A stretch of 51,603 nucleotides of DNA from a virus (taxonomy: Duplodnaviria; Caudoviricetes). The notes under the pieces are model-generated. The model saw only the letters and a list, made by a program, of their open reading frames with translations. It made no database searches and was not told the DNA's origin. The translations under genes were made by a program, and so were the position numbers. The stretch is from positions 1 to 51,603 of IMG/VR virus record IMGVR_UViG_3300032024_000113; one strand, given 5' to 3'. Shown here piece by piece: positions 35,076 to 44,581 of the stretch (the stretch's first letter is position 1; the number at the start of each line of letters is the position of its first letter).

Positions 35076-35723
35076 CTACTCGTCGTCCTCTTCGTCCCGT
35101 GTGAACACATAGCGAGTAGCCGCATCCTCTACCTTCTCCTGGAGCGCGTCGATCGTCGACTGCTGACCGTCATGTGCGAGTTTTCGCAGCGTGCCACGCA
35201 GCGCGTCGAGCGGCACTTTGCAGAGGAAGTCCGAGAGAATCACGAGGCGTTCCAGCGCGTTGGTAGTGTGTCGTTCAAGGATCGCAATCTCGCCAGCGAG
35301 CAATTCCCGTGCGGAAGAGAGGGCAGCCTCCTTGGCCGCCTTAGCCTGCTGTTCTACTTCCGCCTCAGCGCGTCGCCGCTCTAGTTCGGTTTGCCACTCG
35401 GCACGCTTGGTCGCGATCCGCTCATTGGCGGCGAGGATCGCTGCGTCCACATGAGCGGCCGTGGGGCTCTCAGCGTCGACCTGTGGGTAATCGCGTCCCC
35501 AGGTGGAATAATGCGACAGTTCAAAACTGGAGTTGAAGGTGAAGCCGCCAGTAAAGACGCGGTACTCGCCGTCGCCCCATGCCAACAGGGCGGCCCGCGC
35601 CTCAGTGGACAAGTCGCTAGGCTCGACTTCCAGCGTGATGCGGTCCGGCACGTTCGTGCCAGTCACCAGCCGCCGCGCACGCACCCACTTGTTCGACCGC
35701 TCGATCGTAATCTGAATAGCCAT
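35076..35723 (-). CDS. Hypothetical protein
   Basis: 215 aa; SD GGGAG. Confidence 0.65.
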   Translation of the reverse strand: MAIQITIERSNKWVRARRLVTGTNVPDRITLEVEPSDLSTEARAALLAWGDGEYRVFTGGFTFNSSFELSHYSTWGRDYPQVDAESPTAAHVDAAILAANERIATKRAEWQTELERRRAEAEVEQQAKAAKEAALSSARELLAGEIAILERHTTNALERLVILSDFLCKVPLDALRGTLRKLAHDGQQSTIDALQEKVEDAATRYVFTRDEEDDE

Positions 35724-35823
35724 GCTATTCTCCCACGGGTGTTACAGGCCGACCCGTTGTCCTGCCCGGTGAATCCGGGGTGGCTGCCACTTGAAAATGC
35801 GGGGGCAACCAAGCCGCAGTAAA

Positions 35824-36705
35824 CTACTTTTTCGACTTGTCCTTCTCGTATTCCCGCCGCTTGCGCTCCAGTTCGGCGGCCCGGACTTCCTCTTCCAGTT
35901 TCCGGTTGGCTTCTCGCAAGTCAGCCTCTTCCTTGCCCATGCCGCTGTCTTCGGCACCTTGCACGGCCGACTTCTCCCGCTCTAGTCGCAGTCGTTCCAT
36001 CTCCAGTTTGAGCTTGGTGTTTGTATCGTGCAGCTTGGCGATCTCTGCCGCTCGATCCCGGCGTTCGGCATTACTCTTGTCGCGGAGGGCACGCTCGTAT
36101 TCCGCCTCTTCCCGAGCGCTCAGGGAGTTCTTCTGCATACACTGCGGACAAGGAATTTGCCCGCGACCACCACAGGCGTCGCAAGTTCCGGTCGGCAGCA
36201 ACCTCGCATGCACCACCACGAGGTCCCCGTAGGGCGTCGGCACGACGGACGGCACATCGACTTTGTTGTAGAGTTTGCCTCCCTTGCAGTTCTTCACGGG
36301 GCAATCGGCAATCTGCTTATCCCGGCAGCGGGGGCAGTCGTATTTGGACGGGCGGGCGGCTTTCATGAGCTTCACTTGCTCGCGGACCCACTTCATGTCC
36401 GCCTCTTCCAAGTCAGTCGGCTTGATCCGCACGATCTTGGCGTCGGGCTGCTTCTTGATGACCACGCGGCCGTCTTCAAAGCCTACGTACTCGCCGGTGA
36501 TGCTGGACTTGCCGTCCTTGGACCGCCAGCGGCGCATGAGCGTATCGGAGGCTTCCTCACGGGCCTCGGTCGGGGGTGTCTCGGGCTTGGCAACTTCGCC
36601 CGCCAGTCCTGCGAACTGATCCGCCGGATTCCCCAGGTCAGGCTTGTCGCGTGTGTCCACTTGGCAGGCCACGAGCGCCGCCAGCAAACAGAATGTGGTG
36701 GTCAT
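35824..36705 (-). CDS. Exported SHD1-domain protein with a DnaJ-like zinc finger and coiled coil
   Basis: RRWRSKDGKSSITGEYVGFEDGRVVIKK...DLEEADMKWV (SHD1-like); CPRC/CDACGGRG/CPQC; hydrophobic N-terminus. Confidence 0.7.
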   Translation of the reverse strand: MTTTFCLLAALVACQVDTRDKPDLGNPADQFAGLAGEVAKPETPPTEAREEASDTLMRRWRSKDGKSSITGEYVGFEDGRVVIKKQPDAKIVRIKPTDLEEADMKWVREQVKLMKAARPSKYDCPRCRDKQIADCPVKNCKGGKLYNKVDVPSVVPTPYGDLVVVHARLLPTGTCDACGGRGQIPCPQCMQKNSLSAREEAEYERALRDKSNAERRDRAAEIAKLHDTNTKLKLEMERLRLEREKSAVQGAEDSGMGKEEADLREANRKLEEEVRAAELERKRREYEKDKSKK

Positions 36706-36829
36706 GGTGTTACCCATCCTTTCGTGTACGAGCAAAGAACTCGGGTGTAGGGTATATCTTCCCTTCTTGTGCGTCACGCATCAACCGCAGTCTATGCGAA
36801 TCTCTACGCTTCCGTATGCTGCCGGGGGG

Positions 36830-37173
36830 TCAGTGCCACCACAGCACAACCGCAGTGCCGGGCGGTACGGCGCGGAGGAACTTGAACACGGCGAACGTCC
36901 ACTTGGAGCAATCGTCCGGCAGTTCTGTCTCTCAGCCAGTTCTTCCGCCAGTACGTAGGTCAGCGGCTGACCGTAGGGATCAGTCTCCTGATCCTGAATG
37001 CCGTGATCGGTGTACATCGTGAAGCAGACGCCGGGCGGCAGTGGGTGCGGCTGGCAGGCGGCTTCGATGGCGTCGAACACGCGACTGTCTTGGTCGATTA
37101 CCAGCTGATTATTACCAAGCCACCATTTGTTGCCTCGTGGTGGAATTACATAGAATCGCAGGTCAATGCCCAT
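36830..37173 (-). CDS. Hypothetical protein with an apparent frameshift in a (GA)3 repeat
   Basis: After LAEELAE the alternative frame reads TELPDDCSKWTFAVFKFLRAVPPGTAVVLWWH* (stop at 36830). Confidence 0.6.
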
Positions 37174-37525
37174 GGGTCACCTCTTGCTCTTGTTCGCTGA
37201 AGAGTTCAAACACGTTGGCCAGTCCTTCCATGGTTTTGGCATGGAGGACACGGGCGATGAGCAGGGCTGCCTGCAGGTCGTGGAGACCTTGGGCTTGAGC
37301 TTCGCTGCCTCCCAGTTCGATGGATCGTGTCAGCGTGCCATCGAGTCGCACGGGGATCGTCTGGAGGGCTGGGTTGAGCAGGGCCGGGCAGTACACGCGG
37401 AGCCGGATGTAGAACACGTCCTGCTGACGCTCGTCGACGAATGCAGACACACTGAATCCTTCCTTGGTCTTGGTGCGATCGAAGTTGGCGAACGGGTTTC
37501 CGAACAGACCTTTAGTGACTTTCAT
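37163..37525 (-). CDS. Hypothetical protein
   Basis: ATGA coupling at 37522-37525. Confidence 0.55.
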   Translation of the reverse strand: MKVTKGLFGNPFANFDRTKTKEGFSVSAFVDERQQDVFYIRLRVYCPALLNPALQTIPVRLDGTLTRSIELGGSEAQAQGLHDLQAALLIARVLHAKTMEGLANVFELFSEQEQEVTHGH

Positions 37526-38037
37526 GGGATTGTCTCCAGGCAACGGGGAGTGGATGCCGCGAGGAGCTTCCGCTTGCGTTCGAGCAGCGGCGAGGCCACG
37601 CGGTCGGAGTTGAACAGCAGTTCGAGTACGGCCTTGTAGGTACCGTCCTCGTGAATGTCTTGCATGATGCGCCGCAGTCCATCGGTCGATAACTGGTCGG
37701 CATCCTCTTTGGACATGTGTGTGTCGAAGTGGGCACAGCCGAAGGGGGCCACGGCATGGATGTCACAGCGGTGCTGATCGTTGAGAAACACGCACGACCC
37801 GTCCGCTTTCTGGGCGGGCACGATGGTTGGGATGCGGAAGCGGCGGTCACCGGCTTGGACTAGGGCACCCTCGGAGGCCAGTAGGTACCTGGCCACGAAG
37901 CCCTTGGTGCAGCCGCTGTAGCCCAGTCGCGTGCCGATGGTGAAGAGGTCCCCTGGCACGAGGTAGCCGGGCATGTGCTGACAGCACTTGATGCACTCGT
38001 CGCAAGCACACTCGGTGCGGATATGGGGTGTGCTCAT
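37522..38037 (-). CDS. YkgJ-like cysteine-cluster (Fe-S or Zn) protein
   Basis: CACDECIKCC...CVFL...CDIHAVAPFGC. Confidence 0.75.
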   Translation of the reverse strand: MSTPHIRTECACDECIKCCQHMPGYLVPGDLFTIGTRLGYSGCTKGFVARYLLASEGALVQAGDRRFRIPTIVPAQKADGSCVFLNDQHRCDIHAVAPFGCAHFDTHMSKEDADQLSTDGLRRIMQDIHEDGTYKAVLELLFNSDRVASPLLERKRKLLAASTPRCLETIP

Positions 38038-38453
38038 GGTGCCACCTGATACTCTTGGTTGACCCGGCCCAGTTCGATCTCCTCAATCACCAGCTCCACA
38101 CGCGACGCCACGATGTACTCGGCCACGCGTACCAGGGCATCTTGCAAGACCAGCGGGTGGGTCAGTTCGCTGTAGCTGCAGGGCGACGGGTCCCACAAAG
38201 CCTGGTACTGATCGAACGTGCCGATCACCCACTTGGTGACCATGACGCTGTACGTAGCGTGGGGTGACTCGTCCACCTGCGTCAGGACCGGGACCAGGTA
38301 GTAGGTGCCGTCCACCACGAGGCACAGTTCGTGCGTCTCGCGGTGCTGCGTAATGCCCACGTTGAGTTGCTCGCCTGGGAAGGCACTGCGGTAGCAGCGA
38401 TGAGCCATCTCCAGTCCCACGTGCAGCTGGTCAGACAATGTCGGTTCGGACAT
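38034..38453 (-). CDS. Hypothetical protein
   Basis: SD GGAG; coupled to the downstream gene. Confidence 0.55.
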   Translation of the reverse strand: MSEPTLSDQLHVGLEMAHRCYRSAFPGEQLNVGITQHRETHELCLVVDGTYYLVPVLTQVDESPHATYSVMVTKWVIGTFDQYQALWDPSPCSYSELTHPLVLQDALVRVAEYIVASRVELVIEEIELGRVNQEYQVAP

Positions 38454-38545
38454 GATATGCGTCTCCAGGTTTGGATAAGGTGCAACAACAAAGGGCCGAG
38501 TGGCAGTCCTCGGCCCCCACACAGCAGTAAGTACAGGCTGGCGTA

Positions 38546-38692
38546 CTAAGCCTTCTCCACCGCGAAGTCGGCGTCCTCGTCGAGCAACTGGACGGCAAAC
38601 TGCCGCCGCGCCTGATCGAAGAGAGTGGCCAAGTCTTCAGTGCCGTTGTCATCGCGAACAGTCGTCTTCATGGTGAATTCATACGTCGTCAT
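38546..38692 (-). CDS. Small hypothetical protein (48 aa, not in the ORF track)
   Basis: MTTYEFTMKTTVRDDNG...; SD GGAG. Confidence 0.45.
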   Translation of the reverse strand: MTTYEFTMKTTVRDDNGTEDLATLFDQARRQFAVQLLDEDADFAVEKA

Positions 38693-38709
38693 AGAGTGCG
38701 TTCTCCAAC

Positions 38710-39210
38710 TCAGATTACAGGAATGATAAACAACGTGCCTTCCTGGCTTTCCGTTCCTGGCGCGACTCCATGCAGTGCGCCAGGTCCATTGCCTTCGTCA
38801 TCGCGGCACGGCCAGAGCTGCGTGCCGTCGTCCAGGTCGAGTACGAGCCCGGCTTGCTGCCAGTCGCATTCTGCGCACTCGTCCTCGGACATGTAGTGAA
38901 CGTGAGTGATGGTGCGGCCCAGCAGGTGCTTGGCTGCCACGCGGTTCCAGAGCCTCGCCAGCGGCACCGCTCCCTCACCGTACTCCAGGCTGGCGAGGGT
39001 CAGTTCCGCCTCGACTTTCTGGAGCGGCACATCGGGGCAGATGTGGCGGTACGCCCCGATCAGTCGCAGGTAATAGAACGGGTCCAAGTGTCCCAGGACA
39101 AGAGCGTCTACTTCCTGCTTGTCGTGGGTGAACGTGACGATGTCCCCGTGTGAGAACTTGGCGGGCTTTGGCTTGGCCGCTTTCTTGGTGGCGGGCTTTT
39201 TCTTAGCCAT
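38710..39210 (-). CDS. Hypothetical protein
   Basis: C-terminal LLGRTITHVHYMS...DDEGNGPGAL motif; SD AGGAG. Confidence 0.65.
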   Translation of the reverse strand: MAKKKPATKKAAKPKPAKFSHGDIVTFTHDKQEVDALVLGHLDPFYYLRLIGAYRHICPDVPLQKVEAELTLASLEYGEGAVPLARLWNRVAAKHLLGRTITHVHYMSEDECAECDWQQAGLVLDLDDGTQLWPCRDDEGNGPGALHGVAPGTESQEGTLFIIPVI

Positions 39211-39243
39211 GGGACGGTTCTCCTGTGTGAGAGTAACGAACAA

Positions 39244-40611
39244 CTAGGCAGCCGAGCCAATCGCGCTGCAGATGGCGGACATCACGGCGGGTGCGACTGA
39301 GTTGCCGATCTGCTTGATCTGCTCGGCTTTGGTGCCAGTGAAGTGGTAGTGCGCGGGGAAACCTTGGGCCTGGGCCAACTCGTGGATAGCCAACATGCGA
39401 AAGCCGATATCCTGAATCCACAACTCCTGCATGAGGGTCACCAAGGCTAGTCCGTGTCGCGGCTTGGTGGTGACAGTGGTCAACGGGCGGTCGACGGGTT
39501 CCACGAGGCCCGTGCGGTTGTATTTCACAAGGAACGGGAGCACGAGGGCTTGCCCCTTACTGCCAGTGATGGTGTTGATGGGCCGCTCCACAGAACGCGA
39601 GCGGTCCTCGTGGCAACTGCTGGCCCCGTGATTCACATCGATCAGGAAGGGTGTCGCCAGGGCGAACCGCGGATTGGTGTCGATGGTCCCGAGCGGATTC
39701 TCCACCGACTGACAGCGTTCCGTGCCGTCGCGCCCTGGCTTGTTGCCGCCGTGGTAACTGACCACGAACGGACTGACCAGGGCGAAGTGGTTGCAGGCTG
39801 TGATGGTGCGTAGTGGTTCAGAGGTGTGATTCGCCGTACTCTGGCCTCGCAGATGCACGATGAACGGTTCGGCCGCCTCGCCCACGAACTTCCGCAGCCC
39901 GATCTCGATCCGCCGCAGCGTCTTCTCAGCCAGCGGCTTCTTGCGACTGAACACGCTGGGGCAGGGGAGGGTCCAGTCGAGCACCTCATGCACCGGGCGC
40001 CACTGCCCTTCGATAAACTGCTTGCGCGGCCAGGGGATCTTGATGTCCTCTGGTCCCCGGCGGGCGATCACAAACAGGCGACGGCGGGAGGTGTGCGCAC
40101 CGTAGTCGGCGGCGTTGAGTATTCTCCACTCCACCTGGTAGCCCAAGGCCCGGATCGCGTTGACCCAGGCCGTAAAGATCTTGCCCGCCTCGGACTTGAT
40201 GCGTTTGCCGTGCGCGTCGATGTTTCCCCACGACAAGAACTCAGGCACGTTCTCCACTACGGCCCACTTGGGTTTTTTTGTCTCGATCCAGTGCAGCACG
40301 TTCCAGGGCGTGGCTCGCTTCTGGTCTGAGATCGGTTTGCCGCCCCGCGCGTTGCTGTGGTGCTGGCACTCAGGCGAAGCCATCAGTAGGTCGATGTCGG
40401 GAATGGACGCATCATGTCTGGGGTCCACAGAATCAATCGGGGCACAGATGTGCCGGGTGTGGGGGTGGTTGTTCTGGTGCGTGTAGACGGCTGTTCGCCA
40501 GTGATTGATGGCGAGGACCACGTCCACCCTGCCAGACATTTCCGCCCCGGTGGTACTTCCTCCCGCCCCGCAGAACAAGTCGGCAGCTGCGAGTTTGGTG
40601 GGTGCGATCAT
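39244..40611 (-). CDS. DNA (cytosine-5) methyltransferase
   Basis: DLFCGAGG, ASPECQHHS, VENVPEF, RRRLF, KQIGNSV; repeated PLxTIT motifs in the variable region. Confidence 0.92.
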   Translation of the reverse strand: MIAPTKLAAADLFCGAGGSTTGAEMSGRVDVVLAINHWRTAVYTHQNNHPHTRHICAPIDSVDPRHDASIPDIDLLMASPECQHHSNARGGKPISDQKRATPWNVLHWIETKKPKWAVVENVPEFLSWGNIDAHGKRIKSEAGKIFTAWVNAIRALGYQVEWRILNAADYGAHTSRRRLFVIARRGPEDIKIPWPRKQFIEGQWRPVHEVLDWTLPCPSVFSRKKPLAEKTLRRIEIGLRKFVGEAAEPFIVHLRGQSTANHTSEPLRTITACNHFALVSPFVVSYHGGNKPGRDGTERCQSVENPLGTIDTNPRFALATPFLIDVNHGASSCHEDRSRSVERPINTITGSKGQALVLPFLVKYNRTGLVEPVDRPLTTVTTKPRHGLALVTLMQELWIQDIGFRMLAIHELAQAQGFPAHYHFTGTKAEQIKQIGNSVAPAVMSAICSAIGSAA

Positions 40612-40781
40612 TCGATATCTTTCCATTGGTTGAGGATCTCGTGCAGGATCTCCACACATTGGTTCGGCGTGAAGTTGCCGTGATCCGTGACTGCGGTGAC
40701 AGCCTGTTCGAGGAGGTGCTCGACTTCGTTCGCCACCGGTTGATTGACGGCACCGAGCCATCGAGTTAGTAGCTCGCTCAT
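40608..40781 (-). CDS. Small hypothetical protein (57 aa, not in the ORF track)
   Basis: ATGA coupling at both ends. Confidence 0.5.
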   Translation of the reverse strand: MSELLTRWLGAVNQPVANEVEHLLEQAVTAVTDHGNFTPNQCVEILHEILNQWKDIE

Positions 40782-41023
40782 GTCGGTGCTCCTGGTGTTG
40801 ACGGTTGACGAGGAGGAATGAAACGGACCCGATGCACACAGACCTCAAAGATTTCTCCACTGGCCAGGTCCTCCACTACCGCACAGGGAGATGGCATTGT
40901 GATCTCAATGCTCTCGTTGGTAGTGCCCCAGCAATGGAACATCCCCTCCCTCCATTCACTGGGCTTCCTCCAGTCCGACTGAGCGTTGTAGTGGCACTGT
41001 CGTGGTTTGAATGTAGCGTTCAA
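40778..41023 (-). CDS. Hypothetical protein
   Basis: GMFHCWG...AVVEDLASGEI. Confidence 0.55.
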   Translation of the reverse strand: MNATFKPRQCHYNAQSDWRKPSEWREGMFHCWGTTNESIEITMPSPCAVVEDLASGEIFEVCVHRVRFIPPRQPSTPGAPT

Positions 41024-41199
41024 TGCGGTTCTCCTTGTGGTTTACGGGCAGGGCGGCGGGTGGTCTTCGGCAGACCCAGCTGCTGCCGCACGTAGTTATT
41101 GAGACTCATTCCAGCTAGTAGCGATTGCGTGAGCAGGCGGTCATGCTCGTCCGGTTTGCCACGGACGGTCACGATGATGCGGTCGGCGGGTTCACTCAT
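41020..41199 (-). CDS. Ribbon-helix-helix-like small DNA-binding protein (not in the ORF track)
   Basis: IIVTVRGKPDEHDRLLTQSLLAGMSLNNYVRQQLG. Confidence 0.6.
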   Translation of the reverse strand: MSEPADRIIVTVRGKPDEHDRLLTQSLLAGMSLNNYVRQQLGLPKTTRRPARKPQGEPH

Positions 41200-41470
41200 G
41201 GTGTCGTCCTTTCAGTGCGGAGTCCGCGCCGTCCATGAGCTGACGCGAACGGTGTAGTACGAAGAGGTGATTCGGGAGTTCCTTGCGAACGTCGGCGGGT
41301 ACTTTGGCCAGTGCCAGCGCAAGTCGCACGACGGCCCGTCGTAGCGGAGCAATGAACTCCGCATTATTCATCTCGCACAGTTCGTCGGCTGCCGCCATGC
41401 ACGCCCTCGACGCGGAGAGCACTGCCCGTAGTTCGGCAGGTATATCGTCAGGGAGGTCGCTCTTAACCAT
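41192..41470 (-). CDS. Hypothetical protein
   Basis: 92-aa helical ORF; SD GAGGTG. Confidence 0.55.
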   Translation of the reverse strand: MVKSDLPDDIPAELRAVLSASRACMAAADELCEMNNAEFIAPLRRAVVRLALALAKVPADVRKELPNHLFVLHRSRQLMDGADSALKGRHHE

Positions 41471-42689
41471 CGTTCACCTCGCTTTGTAATGGTGTGGGAA
41501 ACTGCCGCACGCGGAGGTCTTGCGGCCACTCAGCAGGATCGCCGCCCTTGGGGTCAGAGAGGACAACTTGATCGTGCAACCTTCCGTCACTCTCGACCGA
41601 AAACGCGCGGAACTGTGTCAGCGGTGGCCACGAACAGCGAGAGATAGGATCGTCGTCGATACAACACGCGCCGAGCTGTTTTGTGAACACAGAAACACCC
41701 GCGTTAAGGCACTGATTGACGAGGGACCGCACCCACCGCACGTCGCACGGCCGCGCGTTCGTTCCGCTTTCCCCGCCAGTGATTACCCAATCAAGTACGG
41801 CAGGCGGTTCATAGAACCTCGCCTCGTCAAGTTGCTGGATGGAGTTGTAGCAAAGTCCACCAATTGGTGATCGCTGCAACTCAACAGGTGCCTCGACTTG
41901 ATCAAGCCGAATTGGACCAATCAACGGCTCAAGAGATACGCCCAGCACTGGAACGAGATTGCGGCATTCGAGCAGGTGCGGCAACCCGGCCTCAAGCGAT
42001 TGCTGGTCGCTGGCCGAATAGACCAGCCATACGTTGCGGTACGCCACCCTGGAGAAGTCGTTCGCTTGCGGCCACATCCGACGGATATTCTCAGGCCGCT
42101 TGGTCAACAATATCCAGTCGATGTTGGGAGTCTTGTTGATTAACTCGAACATGTCGTACCGCAGATTGTCCATGGTGGCGAGCCGGTAGTGCCCTAGCTC
42201 GATGTTTCGCCGCTCGTGCGAAGTCGTCCGATCCCAGGGGACCGCTTCGGGAATGTAGCGATGCGGCACGCTGGTCAAGGCACGTAGCGTGTTCCCATGA
42301 CTGTCGATGATCGGACCGTCCCACTTTTCAAAAACATCACACAACGACGGAAAGACTCGCAGGCGATAGGGTCCGATGTTGCCAGACCCACCGCACCGCT
42401 GGCAAGCGACGTGCGCCTGCTTGTCGTCGGCTAGTTCGCCGCAGTGGCCGTGTCCTTTGCACTCAGGACAACGTCCTGCAGCAGCGTGCTTGTTCCAACC
42501 GATGGGTTGCAGCCAGTACGTGTCGCTGGTCTTCACTCGTGTGCCCTGCGGTCCCCACTTGACCCTGCCTCGCCGGATGTCGAAGTCAGCCTCGGCGTAA
42601 CAATTAAGGCAGCCACTGGCAATCTTCGAACAGCCGATCCACGGACTCCAAGTCATCGTGGCATAGGAAATGTTCGTATTCTCAGCCAT
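41463..42689 (-). CDS. DUF5131 / Gp37Gp68 family (radical-SAM-like) protein
   Basis: TWSPWIGCSKIASGCLNCYAE, ILLTKRPEN, SLEPLIG, LDWVITGGESG, FTKQLG, DLRVRQFP. Confidence 0.9.
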   Translation of the reverse strand: MAENTNISYATMTWSPWIGCSKIASGCLNCYAEADFDIRRGRVKWGPQGTRVKTSDTYWLQPIGWNKHAAAGRCPECKGHGHCGELADDKQAHVACQRCGGSGNIGPYRLRVFPSLCDVFEKWDGPIIDSHGNTLRALTSVPHRYIPEAVPWDRTTSHERRNIELGHYRLATMDNLRYDMFELINKTPNIDWILLTKRPENIRRMWPQANDFSRVAYRNVWLVYSASDQQSLEAGLPHLLECRNLVPVLGVSLEPLIGPIRLDQVEAPVELQRSPIGGLCYNSIQQLDEARFYEPPAVLDWVITGGESGTNARPCDVRWVRSLVNQCLNAGVSVFTKQLGACCIDDDPISRCSWPPLTQFRAFSVESDGRLHDQVVLSDPKGGDPAEWPQDLRVRQFPTPLQSEVNDG

Positions 42690-43281
42690 GGTTCGATGCT
42701 CCTTTCGTTGCGTAGTAATCGTCGTACTGCCGGATGCCCCACACGATCGCGTAGCAGGCAAACACGAAGCGGTAGCTGTACTCGGTCGCGTCGGCCTCAT
42801 AGAAGTCCTGGAACAGCAAGTCGCCGTCATGCTCGAAGTCGTTGGCAGCTTGCCGCGCGGCATACTCTCCGTCGTCGGCGTACCTCAGCACGTCGTTTTC
42901 TACCGCCGCCTTTACTTCGTCGCTCTGGTCATCGACCCACTCACGAACGATCCGACGAAATACGTCCGGGCTGTAATTCTTAATGCCGTCGCGATCATCA
43001 GCGACTACCTTCTCGGACCAATAATCTGTATTGATGCGCAGTCGTGCATCCCGCTCGCGCTGCCGGAAGAACTTGAGCATGTCTTCGCAGCGAGTGAACA
43101 GGTAATCGCCCATGTCCCCGCAGTAACACAGGAACCCCGGCCAAGTCACGAGGTCAAAGCCGTCCACGCTGCCATGCTGTCCGCGATACCGTAGGTGCCG
43201 GTACAGCCCGTCGTCCCGCAGGACTTCGATACCGTGCTGTTCTACCCGCTTGAGAAACTCCGCTTCACTCGGTCGTTCCAT
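42682..43281 (-). CDS. Hypothetical phage protein
   Basis: LRDDGLYRHL...FDLVTWPG..CGDMG...DMLKFFR...YWSEKV. Confidence 0.7.
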   Translation of the reverse strand: MERPSEAEFLKRVEQHGIEVLRDDGLYRHLRYRGQHGSVDGFDLVTWPGFLCYCGDMGDYLFTRCEDMLKFFRQRERDARLRINTDYWSEKVVADDRDGIKNYSPDVFRRIVREWVDDQSDEVKAAVENDVLRYADDGEYAARQAANDFEHDGDLLFQDFYEADATEYSYRFVFACYAIVWGIRQYDDYYATKGASNHG

Positions 43282-43852
43282 GAGCAGCCCCCTTTCCTGT
43301 CGCTTTGGCGATGGCTGCGCGGGCCGCGTCCAGTGCTTCGCGAAGCCCGGAGTATTCCACGCAATCGTTGCACGGCGGCGCGACGTGACAACGACAATCT
43401 GCGTCCGGCACATACACAAGATCCACCAGCAGCTCCAGTGTCGCAAGTAGCGAGGGCGCTGCGGCCATCAGGCGGGCGTTGGCGGCGGTCCTGATGGACT
43501 CAGCGATTAACGCGCCGCCGTACGCTGCGATGTTGTCTGCATCGGCGTATGTGCCGATCTCGGAATCGGCCACTACCGTATTGCCATGACCAACTCGCCA
43601 CGGTCCGGGCGTGGGTCCGGCTGCGGGTGCCTCGCCGCCAACCTCCTCGATACAGAAGATCGACACCAGTTCAATGAGCGCGTGTTCGTCATTCGCGTAA
43701 CGCTCGTACACCGCGTCAGTCACAGCACATTGCAGTTGCTGGTCGTCCAGATCGCCGCTGAACGGTTTGGCGATCTCCCACTTGTCCCAGTGCCCGTCCT
43801 GCCACGCGATGAGAGCCTCCACTCGTTTCATGGGTTTTGTATTGCTAGTCAT
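43265..43852 (-). CDS. Hypothetical phage protein (TPGPW...ANARLMAAAP type)
   Basis: PTPGPWRV...ANARLMAAAPSLL...ARAAIAKA. Confidence 0.7.
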   Translation of the reverse strand: MTSNTKPMKRVEALIAWQDGHWDKWEIAKPFSGDLDDQQLQCAVTDAVYERYANDEHALIELVSIFCIEEVGGEAPAAGPTPGPWRVGHGNTVVADSEIGTYADADNIAAYGGALIAESIRTAANARLMAAAPSLLATLELLVDLVYVPDADCRCHVAPPCNDCVEYSGLREALDAARAAIAKATGKGAAHGTTE

Positions 43853-44219
43853 TGAGCACCTCACTTTCTTCGAGCACTGGACGGGAGAGTCCGCCGCCCA
43901 GGATGTTGGTTTCGATCCAGGCTACCTCGGCCGCGATGGCGTCTTGGCGGCGGGTAAACGGGCCGAGCACCGGTCCGCCGCACAACGCCAGGTCGGCTTG
44001 CCACCGGCACGGCCAGCGGCGAGTGAACTCAGCCAGCGGGCTGTCGTCCTCGCAGACGTGCCGCAGCTTGCGGAACAGCCACCGCATGAGCCGGTTGACT
44101 GGCAGGACATGGCTGGCCCGATCATGACGGGTTGGCCCGAGCGCGGCGAGAAAGGCGAGTTCTGGGCATTTGATGCACTGGATGTTCCCGTGCTCGTCGA
44201 ACGTGACTGTGATGCGCAT
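43845..44219 (-). CDS. Hypothetical protein of the AAA/DUF1257/DUF2997 module
   Basis: RASHVLP...WQADL...GPVLGPFTRRQDAIAAEVAW; SD AGGAG. Confidence 0.7.
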   Translation of the reverse strand: MRITVTFDEHGNIQCIKCPELAFLAALGPTRHDRASHVLPVNRLMRWLFRKLRHVCEDDSPLAEFTRRWPCRWQADLALCGGPVLGPFTRRQDAIAAEVAWIETNILGGGLSRPVLEESEVLND

Positions 44220-44245
44220 GTGCTTTCTCCTGTGGGTGTCTCGAA

Positions 44246-44279
44246 CAAAAAACCCGACACGCTTTACTGGCGTGCCGGG
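44246..44279 (-). terminator. Rho-independent terminator
   Basis: CCCGGCACGC-CAGTAAA-GCGTGTCGGG followed by TTTTTT. Confidence 0.65.
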
Positions 44280-44318
44280 CGTGGTGAGGACGTGCCGTCG
44301 TGTCTGGGACGGGGGCGG

Positions 44319-44516
44319 CTATCCGGTTTGCCCCAGGCCGGTCTGGGCGGATTCCCTGCAGGCGTCGTGATACTCGGGCTTGTGCGTGACCGTCTGCACG
44401 GTCCCCAGCACCCGCTCGACGTTCGCTGTAAGATCCTGGCACTGCGTACCTTGCACGCCGTTGACTTCCACGGTCGTGTTGCCGCTGGCGTCGATAATGA
44501 GTGTGACTTGGGCCAT
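44319..44516 (-). CDS. DUF2997-like protein
   Basis: LIIDASGNTTVEVNGVQGTQCQDLTANVERVLG...KPEYH. Confidence 0.8.
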   Translation of the reverse strand: MAQVTLIIDASGNTTVEVNGVQGTQCQDLTANVERVLGTVQTVTHKPEYHDACRESAQTGLGQTG

Positions 44517-44534
44517 GGCTGGTCCTTTCGTTGC

Positions 44535-44555
44535 GAGAGTGTAGTACCGTTTTGA
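44535..44555 (-). promoter_or_regulatory. 21-bp intergenic motif, copy 2
   Basis: Identical to 33345-33365; immediately upstream of the SD of the DUF2997-like gene. Confidence 0.6.
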
Positions 44556-44581
44556 AAAAATCTTTTCCGGGCGTACCGATC

